Notes under the pieces: model-generated
What the model was told of the DNA's origin: nothing
The model's input: only the letters and a program-made list of their open reading frames with translations
Databases searched by the model: none
Shown here: one piece after another, positions 50,571-59,016 of the stretch
How the letters are laid out: the number at the start of each line of letters is the position of its first letter
Position numbering within the stretch: the first letter of the stretch is position 1
Assembly (NCBI GenBank): GCA_963676615.1
Contig: OY781092.1
Span: forward strand, 416,001-480,000
Reading direction: 5' to 3'
Origin: Candidatus Cloacimonadota bacterium
Lineage (GTDB): Bacteria > Cloacimonadota > Cloacimonadia > G963667145
Length of the DNA: 64,000 nucleotides
Made by a program: the position numbers and the translations under genes

Positions 50571-50931
50571 ATTTGACAATAACTTGAATTATTCAGCATC
50601 TACTCTTAATCAATATGTCAACGCATTTAAATTTCTTTTGGAGAAAGTATTAGACAAAGATAGGGATTATTATAATTTGACGAGACGAAAAAATAAAAAT
50701 TTTACTATTCATTTTTTTGCTACGCATTTTTTAGAGTATGGAGTTGATTTGAGATACATTCAAGAGTTGTTAGGTCATAGTATTTCGAAGACAATCGAAA
50801 TTTATGCCCATGTTAGTAACTTGAATTTTTCTAAAATTGTTTCTCCCATTGATAATATTTATAGTGGAGATATAAACAATGTAGATAGCATGCAAAATAG
50901 GAAGGATATAAACAATGATGATAGCAAGTAG
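50560..50931 (+). pseudogene. tyrosine recombinase/integrase remnant with internal deletion
   Basis: SAM-like segment SASTLNQ..NA.KFL joined directly to [19 protein letters not shown]...T.IY.HVS...SPID; catalytic Arg regions missing. Confidence 0.85.
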
Positions 50932-50971
50932 TTGTACACAATGGGGACAAATGATTCTGTTAAAATAAGGC

Positions 50972-51718
50972 ATGGAAAATATAAACATGATTAATTCAAG
51001 ATGAATAGAGAAAGAAACAAAAGGAGGAAAGACATCTGGCAAAGACAATCCAGAAGTAAGTGCTGTTTCTGCAACATCAAAAGAAGATGATAAATCTATT
51101 TCATCATTTGACATTTTTGAAAAATGTGTTGTAAGAGCTGAAAATCTTATTTCTGTTCATGACTCTACTGAAAAGGTTGAAGAAATATCAGAAGAACATT
51201 ATTGTGATTGTTATAGAGCAGCAGTTGTTTTAACTATCTCGGCTTTAGATGCATTTGTAAGAAAAGCTGTTATTTCAGAAATTAGAAAAGTGCTATCTGA
51301 TACGAAAAAACCTATAAATACAGATTTGAAAGAATATCTTAAAAAATTACTTAATCAGGATGAATTGTTAGATGCTGCCAGGAATTATAATTTACTTGAG
51401 AAAGTAGAACAAGCAGTAAAAGAAGATTTCGAAAAAAAATCATTTCAGGGAGAATGGAAAATTACATTCTACTTAAAAATGGTTGGTTATGATAATATTT
51501 TCTCAGCAGTAGCGGTAAAAGCGGATATAAATGAAAGTAACCTCAAAAGGAAACTTAATGTTTTTACTAATCGAAGACATATTATCGCTCATAGTGGTGA
51601 CTATGACTTAAATCAAACTCCGCATAAAGAGAATGATATTAATAAAAAATATGCAAAAGAGTGTATTGACATAGTAAAATTGTTCGCATCAAAAATTCAC
51701 GAAATAATTGAGAAATAA
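50972..51718 (+). pseudogene. HEPN-domain protein with in-frame TGA at codon 11 (51002-51004)
   Basis: Open frame 51005-51718 contains RAAVVL.ISALDAF and RHIIAH (Rx4H); in-frame ATG at 50972 precedes the stop. Confidence 0.7.
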
Positions 51719-51993
51719 TGAGACAAACATATATAATATCATACGACTTAAATAGTGCAGGACAAAACTATGAAGATGTCCTAAGAATAATTAAAGAGCA
51801 TTGGGGTTGGGCAAGATTAGGTGGTTCAGCATATATTGTCATTACAGAGAAGAGTGCTGTTGAGATAAGGGATAATTTAATGGCTGTAATGGATTCTAAT
51901 GACCAATTGTTTGTAGGAGTTATCAAAGCCCCTGCTGCTTGGTTTGGTTTAGGAGATGAAGTTTCAGACTGGTTAAAAAAGAACTTAGATTAA
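51718..51993 (+). CDS. small Cas2/VapD-like ferredoxin-fold protein
   Basis: YIISYDL N-terminal motif, 91 aa; TAATG coupling to the HEPN gene. Confidence 0.65.
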   Translation: MRQTYIISYDLNSAGQNYEDVLRIIKEHWGWARLGGSAYIVITEKSAVEIRDNLMAVMDSNDQLFVGVIKAPAAWFGLGDEVSDWLKKNLD

Positions 51994-52149
51994 CCACTGT
52001 GTACAACACGCAATAAAAAACATATGGCGGAAAGTGCTAAATTTGAACGATATAACATTTAATAAACGGCTCGGTAACTTGAAAGGTAGGTTCTTCGAAG
52101 TGCCCTACGTTTCTTATTGTCACCCGTTAGCCAAAATGTAAAAAATACT

Positions 52150-52373
52150 TGCTACGATAGCCGTTGCTTTGTTGTTCGAGCTTTTGTTTCCCGCCATAAA
52201 AGCCTGTCTTTCCAGCTTCATAAGGCTGTTAAAAACGAACTCGATCAATTTATTCGCGCCTTAATCGTTGACATTTTCGTCCAAAATTTTTTGTAGTTGA
52301 CTTGCGTTAAATCGCATAAGAATCTCCTTTTTTGTTCTTTTTTTATGAAAATTGGAGATTCTTTTTTTTGTGT
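52150..52373 (-). mobile_element. degenerate IS256 fragment (5' UTR and start of transposase, no IR)
   Basis: Near-identical to about 50177-50400 with substitutions and small indels. Confidence 0.9.
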
Positions 52374-52481
52374 TTGCAATAAAAAAAGATACAACACTTC
52401 CCAAATCCAAGAAAAACCTAGCAAAAAAGTCTTTAATAAAAATAATGGCGATAATTCGCTTAACAAATAAAAAAGGGAAAA

Positions 52482-53750
52482 ATGAAATTTAAAGATTTAA
52501 AACTAATTCCTCCCATACTCAAAGCTTTGAGTGAGGAAAATTATATCGAGCCGACTTTAATTCAAGCCAAATCGATTCCCCTGATTTTGAACAGGGAAGA
52601 TGTTTTGGGCAGTGCCCAAACAGGGACGGGGAAGACGGCGGCTTTTGCTATTCCGATTATTCAACATTTAGTGGGCGAGTCGCAAAAGACTAAGGGCAGG
52701 CGAAAAATTTTGTCTTTGGTCATCACTCCCACTAGGGAATTGGCGATTCAGATCGGCGAGAGCTTTAGCACTTATGGCAGACACACCAGCGTCAAAAATA
52801 CGGTGGTTTTTGGCGGTGTGCCTCAAGGCTCACAAACCAGAGCTTTGCAGAAAGGGGTAGATGTGTTAGTGGCAACTCCAGGGCGTTTGTTAGACTTGAT
52901 GACGCAAGGTTTTATCTCGCTTGCGGATATCAAATATTTCGTGCTGGACGAGGCAGATCGGATGCTGGATATGGGGTTTATTCACGATATCAAGAAGATA
53001 ATCGCCAAGTTGCCCGTGAAGCGTCAGACCTTGTTTTTCTCGGCAACTATGCCCCCGAATATCATCAAGCTTTCCCAGCAACTTCTGGTTAACCCCAAAA
53101 AAGTGTCTGTAAATCCGACCTCTTCGACGGCTGACACTATACAACAATATTTATACACCACCAACAAAGACAAGAAGAAGGAGCTGCTTTTTCACATCTT
53201 GGAAAACCATAAAATAGAGCAGGTTTTGCTTTTTTCCAGAACCAAGCACGGGGCAAATCGTATTGTAAAAAATCTGCACAGGAAAAAAATCAACGCCGCT
53301 GCTATCCATGGCGATAGGTCTCAAAATCAGCGCCAAAAAGCTTTGCGTGACTTCAAAGATGGGCAACTAAGGGTGCTGGTTGCCACAGACATCGCAGCGC
53401 GAGGAATAGATATCGACAAGCTGCGCTATGTAATCAACTACGATATCCCCAACGAGCCGGAAACTTATGTCCATAGGATTGGGCGCTGTGGTAGAGCTGG
53501 GGAGCAGGGCATCGCCATCTCTATGTGTGAGCCAGAAGAGAACGCTTATGTCAAAGATATCCAAAAGCTTATCAAGCAAAAAATTCAGATTTCTGACGAC
53601 AACCCTTTTCCTCAGACCGATAGACCGATGAACGCTGCCGAAAAAAAAGAGCAAAACAAAGAGAAGCAGCGTAGAAAAGAGGAGTTTTTTGCCAATCGCA
53701 ACAAGAAAAGAGGTGCGCAAAACCCTAGCTACCGCCGAGGCAAAAACTAA
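52482..53750 (+). CDS. DEAD-box RNA helicase (RhlE-like)
   Basis: AQTGTGKT, PTRELA, DEAD, SAT and HRIGR motifs. Confidence 0.95.
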   Translation: MKFKDLKLIPPILKALSEENYIEPTLIQAKSIPLILNREDVLGSAQTGTGKTAAFAIPIIQHLVGESQKTKGRRKILSLVITPTRELAIQIGESFSTYGRHTSVKNTVVFGGVPQGSQTRALQKGVDVLVATPGRLLDLMTQGFISLADIKYFVLDEADRMLDMGFIHDIKKIIAKLPVKRQTLFFSATMPPNIIKLSQQLLVNPKKVSVNPTSSTADTIQQYLYTTNKDKKKELLFHILENHKIEQVLLFSRTKHGANRIVKNLHRKKINAAAIHGDRSQNQRQKALRDFKDGQLRVLVATDIAARGIDIDKLRYVINYDIPNEPETYVHRIGRCGRAGEQGIAISMCEPEENAYVKDIQKLIKQKIQISDDNPFPQTDRPMNAAEKKEQNKEKQRRKEEFFANRNKKRGAQNPSYRRGKN

Positions 53751-53778
53751 ATAAAGTTTCAAATTTTTATGAAAAATT

Positions 53779-53804
53779 GACGCCTTTTTTTGAGGGCGTT
53801 TTTT
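53779..53804 (+). terminator. Rho-independent terminator
   Basis: GACGCCTT...AGGGCGTT followed by a T run. Confidence 0.65.
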
Positions 53805-53873
53805 CCTATTTGTTATTTTTTTGAATAAATTTTAGTCTGCGAGCATTTAAAGTAGATAAAAAGGAGTTTTTTT

Positions 53874-54188
53874 ATGTCATCAACTCAGGATTTTGTAGAT
53901 TTTGTTGTCGGACAGATTGACAGCAGTCAGCCGATCTCTTATCGCAAGATGTTTGGCGAATACGCACTTTATTGTGGAGGCAAAGTTGTGGCGCTTATTT
54001 GCGATAATCAGCTTTTTGTAAAGCCGACTAAAGCAGGCAGAACTTTTATCGGAGAGCCAGAAGAAGCGCCAGCATACAAAGGCGCTAAGCCTAGTTTTTT
54101 GATAACAGACGAGCTCGAAGACCGAGATTGGATAAGTCAGTTGATCGAAATTACAGCGCAGGAGCTACCGCTGCCGAAAAAAAGGTAA
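53874..54188 (+). CDS. TfoX/Sxy N-terminal domain protein
   Basis: RKMFGEY.LY..GKV.ALICDNQLFVKPT motif. Confidence 0.88.
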   Translation: MSSTQDFVDFVVGQIDSSQPISYRKMFGEYALYCGGKVVALICDNQLFVKPTKAGRTFIGEPEEAPAYKGAKPSFLITDELEDRDWISQLIEITAQELPLPKKR

Positions 54189-54303
54189 CGGATCTTTTTT
54201 CGGTTGACTGAATAAGGAGAAAGCCTTTGCTTCTATATGTTTTTTTGTTGACGATAAGAATTTGATTACTTTTTTGGTTTAAATATTGATAACGACGGAG
54301 ATT

Positions 54304-54855
54304 ATGAAGAAGATTAAAAACAAAATGGATAAAGATATTGATAAGCTTTTGGTGGCGAAATCTGAGCAAATAAAGAAGCTCCAAGAGATTGTTAAAAAGG
54401 CGATCGAAGAGGAGACTTTGATCACGAACGACCTTTTGGCAGATCATCGAGAGACGCTCACCAAGGGTCAGTCTATTTCGGATAATGTTGCAAAATTTGG
54501 CGGAAGCTGGGCGTTTATAATCTCATTTCTTTTTGTACTGGTCGCTTGGATTCTTTTTAACACGCTAACGCCCAAAAAGGATATTTTTGACCCGTATCCC
54601 TTTATTTTGATGAACCTTATCCTTTCGTGCATCGCTGCTTTACAGGCGCCAATAATTATGATGAGCCAAAATAGGCAGGAAGAAAAAGACAGAAAAAGAG
54701 CTGAAAACGACTATTTGGTGAACCTAAAGGCGGAGCTAGAGATAAAAGCTTTGAACCAAAAAATTGAACTTTTAATTCAGGAGCAAATTCAGACTTTGTT
54801 TGAGAGCCAAGAGATACAACTGGCTATCCTAAAGAAGCTTGAGAAAAAGTTGTAG
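54304..54855 (+). CDS. DUF1003 membrane protein
   Basis: FGGSW.FI, FDPYPFILMNL.LS and QAPIIMMSQNRQ motifs. Confidence 0.92.
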   Translation: MKKIKNKMDKDIDKLLVAKSEQIKKLQEIVKKAIEEETLITNDLLADHRETLTKGQSISDNVAKFGGSWAFIISFLFVLVAWILFNTLTPKKDIFDPYPFILMNLILSCIAALQAPIIMMSQNRQEEKDRKRAENDYLVNLKAELEIKALNQKIELLIQEQIQTLFESQEIQLAILKKLEKKL

Positions 54856-54864
54856 CTAAAAATT

Positions 54865-56241
54865 TTGGGAGGAAAACTGAAGCGAAAATTTTTATTTTTA
54901 TCAGCTATCTTTTTGCTGATATTTTGCTTTGGATGTGTATCTTCGGGGAATGTTGTAGAAGATGCCGATATTCCAGAGATTACTAATTTTGAAAACCAGA
55001 AGCCAAGTGTTTTTGCCTCTTACGAGCTCATTTCTGTAGATAAAAAACAAGTGAAATTGAAGATGGAGTCCACCGATATTGATGGCGAGGTTGAGCTTTA
55101 TATCGCCGTTTTTCGCTCCGAATACGAAAATTGGAAAGACTCGGTTTCTTTTGCCGAAAACGAAAAGAGCTTTACGCTGCCCTACAAAGGCGATTACACG
55201 GTCAATTACTACGCTATCGACAACGAAAATTACATCAGTGACAAGCGAAGCTTTTCTTTCAATATCCCGCAAAAATCGCCCGTTTTGGCAGCTGATCTTC
55301 GCATCGATGGACAAAGCGTGTCGGCAGATAACCTCGCAGGCTATGCCCCAGCTGAGCTGAGCGTCGATTTGAGCAGCTCGACTGCGGGAGAAGCTCAAGA
55401 GCTTGAATATTACATCGATTTTGGCGACGGCGAAGTGAGCTATAACAGCTCGGCAGCGCATAGCTACGCTAACGAAGGCTCATACACGCTAACTTTGGCG
55501 GTGAAAGATGACCAGCTCGATGGCGTGACGATCAGTAAAACTTATGATGTGAACATCACCACGGCAGAAGCTCCGACTGTGTATATCAACAGCAATGGCT
55601 CGACATTTCATCTGGGCGATACGCTGCAGCTTTCGGCAAATATCTTTGCAGATGAGGGAGTAGAAATAAAATCGGTTGAGTGGCAAAAATCGATCGGCGA
55701 AGATATTTTTGAGTTTCTTTCTTATGAAAATTCAACATCGTATTACTGCAACGAGTTTGTGGGCGCAGGCAAAATAAAGCTGATTGTTACCGACGACAAA
55801 GGTAACAAAGTTAGCAAGGTTTTCAGCTTTGAGGTGCTCAATCGGGTGCCGAGCTTGCAGTATATCAAGCTCGATGAGGAGAGTTTGGAGAAGGTAAGCT
55901 CGAGTGATATAAGATATAGAGCTTTAGAAGAAACGAAATATCTTTCATATGAGTCGTTTACGACAGGAATATACAGTTTTGAATTATCGGGATTTTCCCA
56001 CGAAGATACAGAAGTGGTTAACCCAAACGGGAATGCTTGTGACTATTCCAAGTTTAAATACACGGTGATTTTTTATCCAGAAAGTGGTGATGAAGTTATT
56101 ACGGAATTTGGCGAAACGAGTAATCCAAATTTAAGTAATCTTGATTGTAATAAAAAGGGGCTTTATAAGGTTTTTTTAACTTTTAGAGATAGTTATATAT
56201 CAATAGAAAATCAATATATTAGTTGTTTGAGAATAAAATAA
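54865..56241 (+). CDS. PKD-domain lipoprotein (start uncertain)
   Basis: Lipobox CFGC and PKD motif DFGDG...AHSY...GSYT.TL.V.D. Confidence 0.8.
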   Translation: MGGKLKRKFLFLSAIFLLIFCFGCVSSGNVVEDADIPEITNFENQKPSVFASYELISVDKKQVKLKMESTDIDGEVELYIAVFRSEYENWKDSVSFAENEKSFTLPYKGDYTVNYYAIDNENYISDKRSFSFNIPQKSPVLAADLRIDGQSVSADNLAGYAPAELSVDLSSSTAGEAQELEYYIDFGDGEVSYNSSAAHSYANEGSYTLTLAVKDDQLDGVTISKTYDVNITTAEAPTVYINSNGSTFHLGDTLQLSANIFADEGVEIKSVEWQKSIGEDIFEFLSYENSTSYYCNEFVGAGKIKLIVTDDKGNKVSKVFSFEVLNRVPSLQYIKLDEESLEKVSSSDIRYRALEETKYLSYESFTTGIYSFELSGFSHEDTEVVNPNGNACDYSKFKYTVIFYPESGDEVITEFGETSNPNLSNLDCNKKGLYKVFLTFRDSYISIENQYISCLRIK

Positions 56242-56258
56242 AAAGGGAGAAATTAAGA

Positions 56259-56351
56259 ATGAAAAAATTTTTTGTGTTTTTGATGAGTGTTTGCTTGCTT
56301 TTGCTTGGATGTTTGGCGTTAAAAAGGAAAGAAGAAGAGGTGGAAAAATGA
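56259..56351 (+). CDS. 30-aa lipoprotein-signal-like micro-ORF
   Basis: MKKFFVFLMSVCLLLLGCLALKRKEEEVEK*; GGGAG upstream; ATGA overlap with the next gene. Confidence 0.45.
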   Translation: MKKFFVFLMSVCLLLLGCLALKRKEEEVEK

Positions 56352-56569
56352 AGAAATGCCCTTTTTGTGCAGAAGAGATAGCAGACGAAGCTATAAAATG
56401 CAAGCATTGCGGAGAGTTTTTGGACAAAGATCAAGAAACTCCTGAGCCTCCAAAAACAACAGAGCAGCCAAAACAAGAGGCGAAGCCTAAAGAAGAAAAG
56501 AGCAACCTTTTGCCAATCATAATCTTGTTGGCGGTAATCGCCTTTATTCTCCTTTTTGTAGCGATGTAA
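56348..56569 (+). CDS. zinc-ribbon protein with C-terminal TM
   Basis: CPFCAEEI...AIKCKHCGEFL; GAGG RBS. Confidence 0.8.
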   Translation: MKKCPFCAEEIADEAIKCKHCGEFLDKDQETPEPPKTTEQPKQEAKPKEEKSNLLPIIILLAVIAFILLFVAM

Positions 56570-56911
56570 ATGTCGCAACGCTCTTGTGCAATTTGGTTGG
56601 GGGCAGTTTTTCTTTTTTTGGGAAATCAGCTTTTTGAAAAATTTGGGCAAAGGGTTGGTTTTCTGGCTTCCTATGCCGACGATTTTTTATTTTTCCCAGT
56701 CACACTACCGTTTTGCGTTATGGTTTTAAAGAAAAAATTTAATCTAAAAACCAAACTAAGCTTTACCCAGTGCGTGATTGTTTTTTCTGTCTTTGGCGCA
56801 CTTTTTGAGTGTGTATTTCCTTTGCTTAACTCCAATTATGTTTTTGATCCTTACGATTTTATCGCATATTTTGCGGGGATTTTGTTTTATTATCAATTTA
56901 TTCGTAGTTGA
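56570..56911 (+). CDS. hypothetical membrane protein
   Basis: Hydrophobic, with Y.DD...FP and FE..FP..DPYD.IAY..G pattern. Confidence 0.7.
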   Translation: MSQRSCAIWLGAVFLFLGNQLFEKFGQRVGFLASYADDFLFFPVTLPFCVMVLKKKFNLKTKLSFTQCVIVFSVFGALFECVFPLLNSNYVFDPYDFIAYFAGILFYYQFIRS

Positions 56912-56937
56912 ATATTTTTTTTTCTAAAGAGGCAAAA

Positions 56938-57690
56938 ATGAAAAAAATATTTAGTTTGCTTTTTCTGTGTTTGGCAATTGGTTTTGGCTTTGCCAGCCCG
57001 CTGAACAGCAGTGATATCAAAAATGTGGACACTTTTATTCATCTTGTTAAAACAGGCGATGTGAATCAGCTAAAGAAAATGGTCGATTATCCGCTGGCTC
57101 GCAGGTATCCAATCCCGAGCGTTAAAAATCAAGCCGAATTTGTGCGGCGATACAGCCAGATTTTTGACGATTCGCTGGTGAATATGATTGTGAACTCTTC
57201 CCCAGAAAAAAATTGGGACGAAATGGGATGGCGGGGGATTATGCTGGACGACGGCATAATATGGCTCGATTTTGGCGGCGATTTAAAAGCGGTGAATTAT
57301 ATGTCGAAGTTTGAAGCCGAGGAGCGAAAAAGGCTCATCCAAAAAATTAAAGACGAAATTTATCCTAGCTTAAGCAATATTTTGCGACCGATTTTGGTAA
57401 TGGAAACGAAAAAATTTCGAGTCAGAATTGATAGAACCACCAACGGAAATCTTCGCTACGCTTCGTGGAATATAAACACGCCGATGAGCCAAAAGCCAGA
57501 GCTGGTAATAGACAGCGGCAGAGTGGTTTACGAGGGCAGCAGCGGCAATCACACCTACTATTTCAAACGCGGAAACTACAGCTACAATTGCTCGATAAAC
57601 ATCATCGGCAAAACCGACACGCCTGCATTTTTGGAGGTGTATCACAACGGAAAACAGATTTTGGATCAGCCTGCGAATTTGGTCGATTAA
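56938..57690 (+). CDS. hypothetical exported protein
   Basis: Signal peptide; YPL.R.YPIP, GWRGIM and GSSGNH.Y.F motifs. Confidence 0.75.
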   Translation: MKKIFSLLFLCLAIGFGFASPLNSSDIKNVDTFIHLVKTGDVNQLKKMVDYPLARRYPIPSVKNQAEFVRRYSQIFDDSLVNMIVNSSPEKNWDEMGWRGIMLDDGIIWLDFGGDLKAVNYMSKFEAEERKRLIQKIKDEIYPSLSNILRPILVMETKKFRVRIDRTTNGNLRYASWNINTPMSQKPELVIDSGRVVYEGSSGNHTYYFKRGNYSYNCSINIIGKTDTPAFLEVYHNGKQILDQPANLVD

Positions 57691-57705
57691 ACAAAAGGAA
57701 AACAG

Positions 57706-58953
57706 ATGATTTTGTATTTATTGATTTTTTTGATAGTTCTTAACTGCCTGGGTTTTGTGGTGTTATGGCAAAAGAAACCGAAAATTGAGTGGGGCGACTC
57801 TTTGCAAAAAATGCAAAACTCTTTGGCGGAGCTAAAAATTAGCTTGGAGATTATCGAAAAATCGAACAAAGACGCTTTTGCTCTGGCACGGAGCGAGGCA
57901 AGCGCTGCCGCTAAAGATAATCGTCAGGAGCTTCAAAAATCGCTGGAGGTTTTCCAAAAAAGTTTCGTGGGCGAGATTAAGGAGATTGCGGGCGTTATCG
58001 ACAAGCAGCTCAGGTGGATACGCGACGACAGCACAAAGCAGCTTGAGCAGATTCGCAAGACGGTCGATGAGAAGTTGCAGACGACGCTGGAGAAAAAAAT
58101 CGGCGAGTCTTTTCGGCAAGTTTCGTTGCGGCTGGAGCAGGTGCACAAAGGGCTTGGCGAGATGCAGACGATTGCCAGCGGAGTTGGTGACTTAAAAAAA
58201 GTGTTGAGCAATGTCAAGACTCGTGGAGTTTTGGGCGAGTATCAGCTGGAAAATATTTTGGAGCAGATTTTGACGCCGAACCAATACGCAAAAAATGTGG
58301 CGACCAAAAAAGGCTCGCAAGGCGTTGTGGAGTTTGCCATTAAACTGCCCGGCAAAGATTCTGACAAGAGCGTTTGGCTACCCATCGATTCCAAATTTCC
58401 TATCGAAGATTACAATTTGCTTTTGGATGCTTATGAACGCGCCAACAAGGCGGAAATTCAGATGGCGCAAAATGTGCTGCTGCGCAAGATCGAGAGCTTT
58501 GCCAAAGACATTAGCGCAAAATATCTTGATCCGCCGAACACGACCGATTTTGGAGTGATGTTTTTGCCGATTGAGGGGCTTTATGCCGAGGTTTTGCGGC
58601 ATCCGGGACTGTTTGACACTTTGCAAAGGAAATACAAAATCACTATCACAGGTCCAACGACGCTCTCGGCGCTGCTCAGCAGTTTGCAGATGGGCTTTCG
58701 GACGCTGGCTGTGCAAAAAAGAAGTAGTCAAGTTTGGGACATCCTCAAGAGCGTGAAGCAGGAGTTTGGGCAGTTCACCTCGATGCTGCAAAGGGCGCAC
58801 AAGCAGCTGGGGACAGCCTCTGGCACGCTGGAATCGCTGATAACTACTCGCACGAATGTGATGGAGCGCAAACTTCGCAATGTGGAGAGTTTCGACGAAT
58901 TTCCACAGGAGCAAATTTTGAAAATATCTGAGCTAACAGAAGAAAAAAATTAA
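57706..58953 (+). CDS. rmuC: DNA recombination protein RmuC
   Basis: LSNVKTRG.LGE.QL, LPIDSKFP and FLP.EGLYAE motifs. Confidence 0.93.
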   Translation: MILYLLIFLIVLNCLGFVVLWQKKPKIEWGDSLQKMQNSLAELKISLEIIEKSNKDAFALARSEASAAAKDNRQELQKSLEVFQKSFVGEIKEIAGVIDKQLRWIRDDSTKQLEQIRKTVDEKLQTTLEKKIGESFRQVSLRLEQVHKGLGEMQTIASGVGDLKKVLSNVKTRGVLGEYQLENILEQILTPNQYAKNVATKKGSQGVVEFAIKLPGKDSDKSVWLPIDSKFPIEDYNLLLDAYERANKAEIQMAQNVLLRKIESFAKDISAKYLDPPNTTDFGVMFLPIEGLYAEVLRHPGLFDTLQRKYKITITGPTTLSALLSSLQMGFRTLAVQKRSSQVWDILKSVKQEFGQFTSMLQRAHKQLGTASGTLESLITTRTNVMERKLRNVESFDEFPQEQILKISELTEEKN

Positions 58954-59016
58954 GTAAAACTGTTGACTGCCTTGGCTTATTTTGGACTAAGATAACACGC
59001 TAAGGAGTTTATTTTT

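Larger units (their letters stand above)
50931..52132 (+). mobile_element. integron-like gene cassette with attC-like site (about 51998-52132)
   Basis: Start GTTGTACACA is the exact reverse complement of TGTGTACAAC just after the last stop; inner arms CAATAAAAAACATATGGC / GCCCTACGTTTCTTATTG; ends in GTTAGCC. Confidence 0.75.

Noticed and set aside
50560..50931. Functional integrase
   Set aside because: Only 123 codons, lacking the catalytic Arg-containing core, and the nominal GTG start lies inside a terminator-like hairpin.
51002..51004. Selenocysteine or genetic-code reassignment of the TGA in the HEPN gene
   Set aside because: TGA terminates ordinary genes here (e.g. at 3170, 6512, 7000), the position is in a non-catalytic N-terminal region, and no SECIS-like hairpin is evident.
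51718..52132. CRISPR-Cas locus suggested by the Cas2-like protein
   Set aside because: No repeat-spacer array and no cas1 or other cas genes anywhere in the window.
52245..52466. Minus-strand 73-aa ORF
   Set aside because: Out-of-frame reading of the IS256 relic and adjacent intergenic DNA.
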